A program made the translations under genes and the position numbers. Shown here one piece after another: positions 35,971 to 43,758 of a DNA stretch of 52,763 nt (position 1 is the first letter of the stretch; each line of letters begins with the position of its first letter). The notes below the pieces were generated by a model. The model was given only the letters and a program-made list of their open reading frames with translations. It had not been told where the DNA came from and searched no databases. The DNA is taken from IMG/VR virus record IMGVR_UViG_3300025133_000147, positions 1-52,763 of that record. One strand, given 5' to 3'. The DNA is from a virus (Duplodnaviria; Caudoviricetes).

Positions 35971-36121
35971 GTTTTCTATCTCCTAGTTATTTATTCCGTA
36001 AAATAAATAAGGTTTGTTTGTTGGCTCATGGCCGTGTCAACGTCGTGTTGACCTCAGAATTGTTGCACATTACCATTGCATATGCATCGGGCATAAAACT
36101 GCCCGGTTGTAATTGATAAAC

Positions 36122-36137
36122 TGGCATAGCTCTTGCA
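36122..36137 (+). promoter_or_regulatory. sigma54-type -24/-12 element
   Basis: TGGCAT-AGCTC-TTGCA matches TGGCAC-N5-TTGCW with exact GG-N10-GC spacing. Confidence 0.55.
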
Positions 36138-36244
36138 AGGGAGAAATCATGGGCTAGGGCCCGAACCACCAAAAGACGACACGGGATAGGCGCTTATAGG
36201 AGACGCGCGTGGGAGAGGTCGTATCCTTCATAGGTAGTACGCGT

Positions 36245-36612
36245 GTTCGGTAGTTGTTGGGTGGTGTTCGGTATACGTTCGGTAATACCCCTACTTTACA
36301 TATTCTTGACAGTGCAATGTGGCATGCAATGTGCATAACAGCGTTGCACGACCTCTGTAAGTACCTGAAATCATTAAGGAAAAAGCTAAAATCGATCCTA
36401 GTCGATTCTAGGGGTCCTAGGTCCAATGCAAGGGCAGAATGCAAGGAACGGCCTCTCAGGGCCCTTCTCGACGATTTAGCATTACCTTAGCAATGATTAA
36501 CATTAGATTGATTATTCTGGCATGGCGCTTGCAAGGGCAATTTTCAGGCCGATACCGGGGCTGAGGGCTGTAGACGAGTGACTACAGCGGAGCGTTCGGT
36601 AGTCGTTCGGTA
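36245..36612 (+). repeat. GTTCGGTA octamer x5
   Basis: At 36245, 36266, 36277, 36594 and 36605; spacings of 21, 11 and 11 bp within the clusters. Confidence 0.8.
36518..36533 (+). promoter_or_regulatory. sigma54-type -24/-12 element, second copy
   Basis: TGGCAT-GGCGC-TTGCA; both copies read CTGGCAT-N5-TTGCAAGGG. Confidence 0.55.
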
Positions 36613-36868
36613 GTGGGTGTATTCGTAGTCGATTGACTACACTAGGTGACCCGTATCGAGGCAGACGCGAGAGGTCGAACCCACCCCCCAGGGGGGGTCG
36701 TGGGCTGTATATATATTTATGCCAGATAAGCACCCACGGATACTGTGTCATCACATAGGCCAGGTAAGCATGGGCAGTGACTATGTCAGCTTATTAACTG
36801 CGTAGTTACTGTGACAGCGTGTAATGAATGCTAGGTTCGTCTACAGTTGGTGAAGAGGAGACACATTG

Positions 36869-37072
36869 ATGACTAGTGATGCTGCTGAGAGCCCTGTGAA
36901 TGCCTATAGGTTCGCTTTGACTGCTGTGAGCCTAGGCAGGACACCTGATGAGGCCTTCCAGGCTCTTCTAGACGCCTTAGAGGCTGATGCTAGAGAAGCT
37001 ATTGATGAAGAGGTGTCTTATGCAGAGTTTGACTACTTCACGATGGAGACTTTAGAGACTCCTGAGGGATAG
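36869..37072 (+). CDS. Small acidic hypothetical protein
   Basis: GAGGAG RBS upstream of TTG/ATG at 36866/36869. Confidence 0.55.
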   Translation: MTSDAAESPVNAYRFALTAVSLGRTPDEAFQALLDALEADAREAIDEEVSYAEFDYFTMETLETPEG

Positions 37073-37162
37073 GCTCTCTAAGAGGCTGGTATCACTAGGG
37101 AATTCCAAACTTAAAAAGGTCTCCCCCCTGCACCCCCCTCTAAAACTCTGTTCTTTTATTAA

Positions 37163-37253
37163 AGTAGTAACTAGTAAGACTAGTACTACTAGTAACTATT
37201 ACTACTAGTACTACTGACTAGTACTACTGACTATTACTACTAGTACTAGTTAA
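37163..37253. repeat. ACTAGT/AGTACT palindrome array, candidate replication origin
   Basis: About 90 bp made almost wholly of ACTAGTA/CTACT units, closed in the frames I translated; upstream of the initiator-like gene and DnaB. Confidence 0.75.
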
Positions 37254-37341
37254 GCTTCCCCTCCCAGACGCGCCCTCTAGTGTGAAGAGTAGAGAGAGTT
37301 GTGTCAATAGGGGGAGGGAGAGGTTTTTCTTTTTGTCTATG

Positions 37342-37370
37342 TTGACTGTGTCGGCGTAGTGTAGTACTGT
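37342..37370 (+). promoter_or_regulatory. sigma70-type promoter for the replication genes
   Basis: TTGACT-N17-TACTGT preceded by a T-tract. Confidence 0.55.
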
Positions 37371-37543
37371 GGTTGAGTCGTTAGCTTGTAAGAGCACGCG
37401 CCAGCCTATGTGGCCTCCTTGGGATAGCTTCCTGAGGAGGTCAGGCTGAGCAGCGGACTTGTAGTGCTGATGATTAGGCTGGTCTTCTTATTGAAGGCTT
37501 CTTTCGTTGATGCTCTTTGTTGGGCTTAGTGTGGAGTTGTGTG

Positions 37544-38002
37544 ATGGATACGACAGATCCTTTAGTTATTTCTGGTTTCATGAGTGAGCATTGGGGTCGT
37601 AAAGCAGGAAACCCTGCTTCACTCCCTACTTGGGTTAGGCATGCTCAGAAGATCTTCCCTGACGTAGACCTACTCGCTGAGATACGTCTAGCGATGATGT
37701 GGGAGATGGAGAGGCCAAGTAGAGAGAAGAAGAACGTCAGGATGTTCATGTCTCGCTGGTTTAAGCGGGCTCAAGAGAGCGCAGAGAAGAAAGGCAGAGG
37801 GACTGTTGTTGTCTCTATTGACTCAGCTAGATGGCTGAAGAGGAACAACAGAAAGCCTGAGCTAAAGCTAACTAGGTGGATGGACAGCAGAGGGCCACTC
37901 ACTGAGGAACTCATTAAGAAGTACTGCTCGTACTACGGTGTCCCTGCTCCTGATGACATAGACGTTGTTGTCTCTATCTACAACGTGAAGGCAGGTGCGT
38001 AG
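37544..38002 (+). CDS. Replication initiator C-terminal-domain-like protein (putative helicase loader)
   Basis: FPDVDLLAEI..A..W...P...KKN...F...W..RAQ resembles the C-terminal domain of phage replisome organizers; GGAG RBS; overlaps the dnaB start. Confidence 0.55.
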   Translation: MDTTDPLVISGFMSEHWGRKAGNPASLPTWVRHAQKIFPDVDLLAEIRLAMMWEMERPSREKKNVRMFMSRWFKRAQESAEKKGRGTVVVSIDSARWLKRNNRKPELKLTRWMDSRGPLTEELIKKYCSYYGVPAPDDIDVVVSIYNVKAGA

Positions 38003-39282
38003 TGGCTTTTGACTCAGAGAAAGCCATCCTCGCTCTTTGCTTGAGGAGCCCCATTGTTGTTGATGAAGCTACTGCTGTTGGAGTTAAGAGAGACCACTTC
38101 TCCTCTCCTACTCACCGCTTGTTCTGGTCTGCCTTTGTAGAAGACAGAGAGAGAGGCGTCGGCCCAGACAGAGCCACTCTGACTGAGCGGTTCGCTGACA
38201 ACGTGGGGGACAGAAGGCACTTCACTGACTGGCAGCACTTCGGGAAGGTGGTGGACGACATCACCTCTGTCCCTGCTATCAGGAAGAACGTAGAGCACTA
38301 CGTCTCTAACGTGATTGAAACGGCGCGTAGGCAATACATGGTTGATGCGGCTAGACGTATCCTTGACCACGAAGAGAACGGCTCCCCCTTCTCTGAGCTA
38401 ATTAAGCTGTCGAGCACCATCACAAACCTAGCCTCCTGGGCTCCTGAGGGCCGTTCAGAGCCACGGACAGCCCACGACATCACTAAGGACTACCTAGACG
38501 ACCTACAGGCCCAGAGGATGGGCTTGAAGACGAACACGCTTATCTCCACTGGTATCCCTGCTCTAGACAGCATCCTCAAAGTCAGACCTGGGCAGATGGT
38601 GATTATCGGTGGCAGGCCCAAGATGGGTAAGAGCGCTGTGATGATGACCCTTCTCTCTAACATCGCTAGATACAACGGGGCTCCTACGCTCTCTATCAGT
38701 GCTGAGATGAACGAGATGCAGATTGGAGAGAGGATTGCGATGTCTGAGGCGAACCTAGGAGAGACCGCAGAAGACCTAGAGGGAGTTAGAAGTAAGATCT
38801 TGTCTCGCTGGGACGGTCTGCCTGTCTATTACGACGATAAACCTAAGAGCCTAGGCGCTGCTCTCATGTCTATCCGCATGCAGAAGAGCAATCTAGACAT
38901 CTGTGCCGCTGCAGTGGACTACCTACAGCTTCTGAAGCTCCCTAAGGAGAACAGCAGAGAGCGACAAGTGGCTGAAGCTAGCTCTGCCTTCAAGAGACTG
39001 TCTATGGAGCTTAATATTCCTATCTTTGTGCTCGCTCAGCTGAACCGTAGCTGCGAATACAGGGAGAATAAGCGCCCCATGCTCTCAGACCTTCGTGACT
39101 CAGGCCAAATTGAGCAAGATGCAGACGCTGTCATCTTCGTTTACCGCCATTCCATCTACGATGAGGACCATGAGCCTGTCTCTGACCTTGAGATGATCGT
39201 AAGAGCCCAGAGAAACGGTCCTACAGGCACCGCTCACTGCTCTTGGGAGCCCGGTAACGGCTGGATAACGAGCAGACGATGA
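38002..39282 (+). CDS. dnaB: Replicative DNA helicase
   Basis: Walker A GGRPKMGKS, SAEM, VDYLQL, LAQLNR, RPMLSDLRDSGQIEQDAD, QRNGPTG. Confidence 0.95.
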   Translation: MAFDSEKAILALCLRSPIVVDEATAVGVKRDHFSSPTHRLFWSAFVEDRERGVGPDRATLTERFADNVGDRRHFTDWQHFGKVVDDITSVPAIRKNVEHYVSNVIETARRQYMVDAARRILDHEENGSPFSELIKLSSTITNLASWAPEGRSEPRTAHDITKDYLDDLQAQRMGLKTNTLISTGIPALDSILKVRPGQMVIIGGRPKMGKSAVMMTLLSNIARYNGAPTLSISAEMNEMQIGERIAMSEANLGETAEDLEGVRSKILSRWDGLPVYYDDKPKSLGAALMSIRMQKSNLDICAAAVDYLQLLKLPKENSRERQVAEASSAFKRLSMELNIPIFVLAQLNRSCEYRENKRPMLSDLRDSGQIEQDADAVIFVYRHSIYDEDHEPVSDLEMIVRAQRNGPTGTAHCSWEPGNGWITSRR

Positions 39283-39680
39283 GTGACACGCTACTCAGGC
39301 TGTTTTCTTACGAGTACGGCAAGGACCACTGCCGCCTTCACGACCTTCCCTACGAAGACTGGCGCTTATTCGCCGCAAAGACCTACGCATACGCAGTAGA
39401 GCGCGGAGCGAAGGACGGACTACTCATTGTGGCAAGCTGGTTAGCCATGAGAGCCGCTACTTTAGGCTGGATGGACGACTTCGCACGCTGGGCAGCTAAG
39501 GCTCACTCTGTTGGGACTCCAGACAGCGCCCTCATAGAGTCTCCTCGCTTCAGGGCGGCTTCTGTGAAGCTAGTGCGAGAGGAGCGCCTGTATGCGGCTG
39601 CTAAGGTGTTCAGGCGGGAGTACGAGGAGGCGTTTGGCTACCCTCTGCACCTCATTACTATGGCAATGGAGATGAGATGA
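39279..39680 (+). CDS. Hypothetical protein
   Basis: ATGA overlaps on both sides. Confidence 0.65.
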   Translation: MSDTLLRLFSYEYGKDHCRLHDLPYEDWRLFAAKTYAYAVERGAKDGLLIVASWLAMRAATLGWMDDFARWAAKAHSVGTPDSALIESPRFRAASVKLVREERLYAAAKVFRREYEEAFGYPLHLITMAMEMR

Positions 39681-40177
39681 GGGTGTTTGTTGGTGCTGAC
39701 CCCGGCATGACTGGCGGGCTAGCCGCTGTAGACGCAGAGGGGAACCTCCTCTCTGTAATCGCCATGCCTAGAGTGAACGGGAGCGCTGGCCCTCAGGACT
39801 ATCATGCGATTAAGGCATGGTTCGCTGAGATGAAGGGGCTAGGGAAGGTTGAGGCTGCTCTAGAGAAGATCTCAGTCAGACCCGGTGAGGGGGTCAAGTC
39901 CACACTTACCGCAGGCACAAATTGGGGGTTCCTCAAGGGAATGCTTGTCGCAATCGGGGCGCGCTATGTAGAGCCCACCCCTCAAGCCTGGAAAAAAGCG
40001 CTCTCTCTCCCGAAGAGGTCTGGAAAAGAGAGGAAGCAAGGAAAGGAAGACGCAGTAGTCCTCGCTACTCAGCTCTTCCCTGGCATCGACCTCACACCAG
40101 GGCGTAAGAGAGTCCCACATGATGGTATGGCTGACGCTGTGCTTATTGCTGAGTATGCGAGAAGGACGCTAGGGTGA
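39677..40177 (+). CDS. ruvC: RuvC-like Holliday junction resolvase
   Basis: VGADPG.TG, LEK, P..WKK, K.DA...A..LFP, DGMADAVLIAEY. Confidence 0.85.
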   Translation: MRVFVGADPGMTGGLAAVDAEGNLLSVIAMPRVNGSAGPQDYHAIKAWFAEMKGLGKVEAALEKISVRPGEGVKSTLTAGTNWGFLKGMLVAIGARYVEPTPQAWKKALSLPKRSGKERKQGKEDAVVLATQLFPGIDLTPGRKRVPHDGMADAVLIAEYARRTLG

Positions 40178-40954
40178 GATCTCAAGCGGCTCAAAGTCTT
40201 CTGCGATAGCCACGTAAGGAGCGCCTTGTCTGAGGTATCTCTCTACTTCAAGAGCCTGCTCAATACCTTGGAGGTTTTCCGCTGCCTGACTCCTAGCTCG
40301 CTCTCTCGCCATCTCTGACAGCAGAGCTTCTACGTCACCCTGAGTTTGGATGGACTCGTCCCTAAACACAGAGCCCTCTGGCTGGAAGGCTCCCCCAGGC
40401 ACAAGCCTTGGCTCTGTTTGAGCCGTAGGGTTCCCCGCTGACCTAGCGTAGGCTCTTCCTGCTGGCCCAGACACAGCCCCAGCAGTACCCATAGCTAGAG
40501 TTAGTGGCACGGCTGGCTTCAGAGCCCCCCTAGCTGCTGCCCGAAGGGCGCTAGGTCGAGCTACTGTTGAGGGCGTGGGCGCTCCACGAAGAGCGGCAGA
40601 GAGCCTCTGCTCAGCGGCAGCTTCCGCAGCCTGCTGCGCCCCCCTGTCTATAGCCTGCTCTTGAAGGGCACCCTGAATGAGAGGCCCAACAGTCCCCCCC
40701 GCTCTCCCTGCTGGGTTAACGAGTCTTAAGTAGGCTTCGTTAGAGAGCCTTCTTCCTCCGTGCCCCCCATCAGCGAATTCCCGAAGGATGGTCTCAGGGC
40801 CTCTCCCCCAGTACATGCCTCCCGCAGCAGCAGGCCCAGCAAGGTCTAGCGGGACACCCACACCACGAAGAAACGACTCAACAGGCCCCGCCATAGAGCT
40901 TCGCTCCTGTGGGGCATAGAGGGGGGTTCTTGTTTGGACTGACTTGGGAGGCAT
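40169..40954 (-). CDS. Ala/Gly-rich hypothetical protein (possible internal virion protein)
   Basis: Same TAACC-ATGCCT junction as the upstream gene; converges on and overlaps ruvC. Confidence 0.6.
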   Translation of the reverse strand: MPPKSVQTRTPLYAPQERSSMAGPVESFLRGVGVPLDLAGPAAAGGMYWGRGPETILREFADGGHGGRRLSNEAYLRLVNPAGRAGGTVGPLIQGALQEQAIDRGAQQAAEAAAEQRLSAALRGAPTPSTVARPSALRAAARGALKPAVPLTLAMGTAGAVSGPAGRAYARSAGNPTAQTEPRLVPGGAFQPEGSVFRDESIQTQGDVEALLSEMARERARSQAAENLQGIEQALEVERYLRQGAPYVAIAEDFEPLEISP

Positions 40955-40956
40955 GG

Positions 40957-42111
40957 TTATCGTCCTTGAAGCCCGCGAACAGGGCCTAGGTAGTTGCTGA
41001 TTTCCTCAATCCTGGCTCCAGGCTGCAAGGTGCCGGGTCCGTGGAGAGCGTTAACCTCGTCAATGTACTTCTGACGAAGGGCTTCTTTCCTGACGTTCTT
41101 AGCCTCAATCTGAGCTAGGAGGTCTTCTTGACTGAGAGCCTGCTGATACTCTCCAGGGAGGTTGAAGACCCCGGCTGAGCGCGGCTGTCCTGCTGCGTAC
41201 CCAGCAAGGGCAGAGGCTGCTCCGACTCCAGCGCCTATCGTTGCGTCCATGAGGAGGCTTGCCGGGCTGAAGGCGGATTTAAGCATCTTCTTTACCCCCC
41301 CAGCACGAAGGAATGCTTTAGCCCGTTCGCCAGGCGGCACATTCGACATATCGGGGGCTCGTGGCGGCACATGCGCCGTGGATGCCGGACCTCCTGCGGC
41401 CATGATCTCGTCTAGGTCAACCTTCGCCAACTCCTCTGGTGTGATGTCGAACAGGGGGCTTGTGTGAGGCGCGCCTACGAGATCCCCATCAATGTCCCGG
41501 TAAAACTCTCTCGGAACAAACGGTATACCCTTCTCCTGAAGCTTCTCGTAGACGCGCCTGGACATAGAGTTGAGGCTTGAGTCGGACGAGTACCCAAGGC
41601 CCATCTTCTGCGCCTCCTGAAGGGCTCGGAGGTATCCAGTGAACCCAGTCTCCTGGCCGCGAAGAACGCCTCGCGGAAGGCTGCTATAAGTGACTACGAG
41701 TCGTTCGGGGTCTACCCGGTGACTGAGGGGTCGGTGCCTCCGCATCCCTGGGAGATGGACCGACAACCTCCCTCTAGCGCCTGGATTCTTCGTGTATTGA
41801 TCGACAAACATGGCATCAGCCAGATCCCCATACGTGCTACCCCCAACGTTGACCTTCCTGCCGCCACCGAGATCGACCTCCGTGGTCCGGCCCCTGTCCG
41901 CTATGAAAGGGTCAGACCATAACTCGGAGCCGCCACGGATAGCCCTGAGAGGCGGACCCCCGATGGAACCTCCCAATGACCCAGCCTGAGCAGCCGCAAG
42001 GGCTAGTTCGTAGGTTGGTAGCTCTTGCTCAGGGTCAATACGAATCTGAGTAGACTCAGCAGGAGACAAGTCTAGGAGGGGAAGGCTTCTACGAAAACCG
42101 GGGGAAGGCAT
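40957..42111 (-). CDS. Hypothetical protein with central GNAT-like domain
   Basis: LRGQETG...YLRALQEA...G..SD...NSMSRRVYEKL resembles a GNAT with degenerate motif A; Gly/Ala hydrophobic segments on both sides. Confidence 0.5.
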   Translation of the reverse strand: MPSPGFRRSLPLLDLSPAESTQIRIDPEQELPTYELALAAAQAGSLGGSIGGPPLRAIRGGSELWSDPFIADRGRTTEVDLGGGRKVNVGGSTYGDLADAMFVDQYTKNPGARGRLSVHLPGMRRHRPLSHRVDPERLVVTYSSLPRGVLRGQETGFTGYLRALQEAQKMGLGYSSDSSLNSMSRRVYEKLQEKGIPFVPREFYRDIDGDLVGAPHTSPLFDITPEELAKVDLDEIMAAGGPASTAHVPPRAPDMSNVPPGERAKAFLRAGGVKKMLKSAFSPASLLMDATIGAGVGAASALAGYAAGQPRSAGVFNLPGEYQQALSQEDLLAQIEAKNVRKEALRQKYIDEVNALHGPGTLQPGARIEEISNYLGPVRGLQGR

Positions 42112-42113
42112 GG

Positions 42114-42365
42114 TTAGTAAGCGCCCTTAAGCGCCTCTTCCATAGGACCAATGACTCCCTTGCGCTTCTTACCCTTAGGCTTCTCTTTCTTCTGAGCTTT
42201 CATCACCTTACGGCGCATAGGCTTACGAGAGTGCTTAGGCACAGGAGGACCGCCGATGTTCACGACGATCTTAACTCCAGGCATCTGAGGCTCATCATGG
42301 TGCTCCTCAGCCTCCTTGATCGCCTTCTCTACGTCCTCAACGAGATGCTTCTTAGGGATGTTCAT
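42114..42365 (-). CDS. Small Lys-rich basic protein
   Basis: KPMRRKVMKAQKKEKPKGKKRKG; TAATG coupling. Confidence 0.65.
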   Translation of the reverse strand: MNIPKKHLVEDVEKAIKEAEEHHDEPQMPGVKIVVNIGGPPVPKHSRKPMRRKVMKAQKKEKPKGKKRKGVIGPMEEALKGAY

Positions 42366-42409
42366 TAGTATTTCTTCCTTCTAGATTGGGATGCCTTGAT
42401 AGATATCAT
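42365..42409 (-). CDS. 14-aa basic micropeptide
   Basis: MISIKASQSRRKKY; TAATG overlaps at both ends. Confidence 0.45.
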   Translation of the reverse strand: MISIKASQSRRKKY

Positions 42410-42540
42410 TAGTACTTACCTTTAGCCCCACCGGGCTTAAGCTTCTTGCGAGCAGTGTTCATGCGCTTAACGCTCTGCCGCTTAGGGAGGCACTTAGCTG
42501 CCCCAGCCTTCTTCTTCGGTGACTTCTTCTTAACTGCCAT
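42409..42540 (-). CDS. Unannotated 43-aa Lys-rich peptide
   Basis: MAVKKKSPKKKAGAAKCLPKRQSVKRMNTARKKLKPGGAKGKY; stop coupled by TAATG. Confidence 0.65.
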   Translation of the reverse strand: MAVKKKSPKKKAGAAKCLPKRQSVKRMNTARKKLKPGGAKGKY

Positions 42541-42597
42541 TTTCTTGCCCTATCTGGGTGCCTTGTTTATTGTGTCGGCACACCTACTGGAGAAGTA

Positions 42598-42927
42598 ATG
42601 TTTAATCCTAGCGAACTTACAGTGAAACAAGCCAGAGCCCGTCTCTGTGAACTTGATATTGCTGGCCTTGAGGAACTTCTTCAAGCAGAGATTGACGGTA
42701 AGCACCGAAGCTCCCTCATGGCAGACATCGGTAGAAACATCGACATGATTAAGACAGCTGAAGAGTCTGAGGCTGCTGAAGAAGAAGCTGTAGAGGTGGT
42801 TGAGGCTAAGCCTGAGCCTAAGGCTGAGCCTGTCTGCATCATCTCAGAGACTGAGTGGTTCAGGTTCCCCCGTGGTGTGCGAAAGGGCTGGGAACGACTC
42901 GATGACGGGACGTTCAAGAAAAGGTGA
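42598..42927 (+). CDS. Hypothetical protein
   Basis: GGAG RBS; N-terminal LTVKQ....L..L....LEELL.AE..GK.R.SL helical motif. Confidence 0.65.
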   Translation: MFNPSELTVKQARARLCELDIAGLEELLQAEIDGKHRSSLMADIGRNIDMIKTAEESEAAEEEAVEVVEAKPEPKAEPVCIISETEWFRFPRGVRKGWERLDDGTFKKR

Positions 42928-43301
42928 GCAAGCGTTGCACCAAGTGTGATGAGTCTCTCCCTCTTTCTTCTTTCCACCGAGACTCAAGGTCTAAGGACGG
43001 TAGGCGGGCTAGCTGTGCCCCTTGTGTGGCTAAGTCGAGCAGAGCTAGGTCTGAAGCTGAGCCTGTTTGGGACCCTAGCGTCACCCACAAAACATGCACT
43101 AAGTGCAACCTCATCCTCCATATTGATGACTTCGGGGTAGCCCGCAGAATGATGGATGGCAGGAACTCTCGTTGTAGAGTGTGCTGCTCAGAGGCCACTG
43201 CTGAGTGGCAGAGGTCAGACGTGGGTCGAGTGAAGCACGCTGAAGCGGTTAGGCGCTATAGAGAGCGCAAGAAGTGGGGAGATAGTGGCGGGAGTCCCTG
43301 A
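42924..43301 (+). CDS. Double zinc-finger protein (HNH-endonuclease-associated type, no nuclease domain)
   Basis: Two copies of KxCxKC......F......DG....CxxC. Confidence 0.7.
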   Translation: MSKRCTKCDESLPLSSFHRDSRSKDGRRASCAPCVAKSSRARSEAEPVWDPSVTHKTCTKCNLILHIDDFGVARRMMDGRNSRCRVCCSEATAEWQRSDVGRVKHAEAVRRYRERKKWGDSGGSP

Positions 43302-43758
43302 GTTTGCTGATGACTATGAGCGGTATGACTGGGAGATCTACCAACGCTATCGGTGCATGGACAAGAGAGACAGGTGGCCCTCAGCAGACGGCACCTTTGT
43401 ACTCGGACCTCCCCTCCCTCCTGATGCCCTCGTATTCACTCACGACAAAGCTACAGAAGCGTTCAAGCTAGCTACAGCTAAGGGCTACTTAGCCATGATC
43501 CCCTGCTCTACTGAGCTTGGGATTAGTAAGATTATAATGAGACGAATCTTCGACAGGATGAACGGGCTAGACATAGCCTTTGTCGTGTACGAAGGAACGA
43601 AGGCGGGGAGCAGGTACCACTGCCGAATGGTTCACAAGAAGAGCATCGCGTACATGAAAAAGACGCTTCCGCTCTGGATAAGGGAGTCTAGACGTGGCGG
43701 TCAAAAAACGAACCCAGAGAACGTCCGACGAATTAGGAGAGGCGGAACTTCTTCTTGA
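43285..43758 (+). CDS. Hypothetical protein upstream of the terminase
   Basis: GGAG RBS with GTG start; overlaps terL. Confidence 0.55.
   Translation: MAGVPEFADDYERYDWEIYQRYRCMDKRDRWPSADGTFVLGPPLPPDALVFTHDKATEAFKLATAKGYLAMIPCSTELGISKIIMRRIFDRMNGLDIAFVVYEGTKAGSRYHCRMVHKKSIAYMKKTLPLWIRESRRGGQKTNPENVRRIRRGGTSS

Larger units (their letters stand above)
31347..36010. repeat. Family B palindrome TTATTTATT-N6-AATAAATAA, 5 copies
   Basis: 31347-31370, 32950-32973, 34700-34723, 34993-35016, 35987-36010; spacers CGGCTG x2, TATCGG x2, CCGTAA. Confidence 0.95.

Noticed and set aside
29691-36010. Dispersed repeats as a CRISPR array
   Set aside because: Spacing is irregular (hundreds of bp), the intervening sequences are intact genes, and there is no cas operon.
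36035-36040. TTGACA on the - strand as the first early promoter (also + strand TTGACA at 36306 and 47972)
   Set aside because: No acceptable -10 hexamer at 16-18 bp spacing.
36154-36754. ORFs of 78-96 aa in the control region
   Set aside because: No convincing RBS, mutually overlapping, and coincide with repeats and promoter-like elements.
37163-37253. Stop-codon recoding suggested by TAG-rich tracts
   Set aside because: Recognisable genes are full length under the standard code and several end in TAG; the tracts are non-coding.
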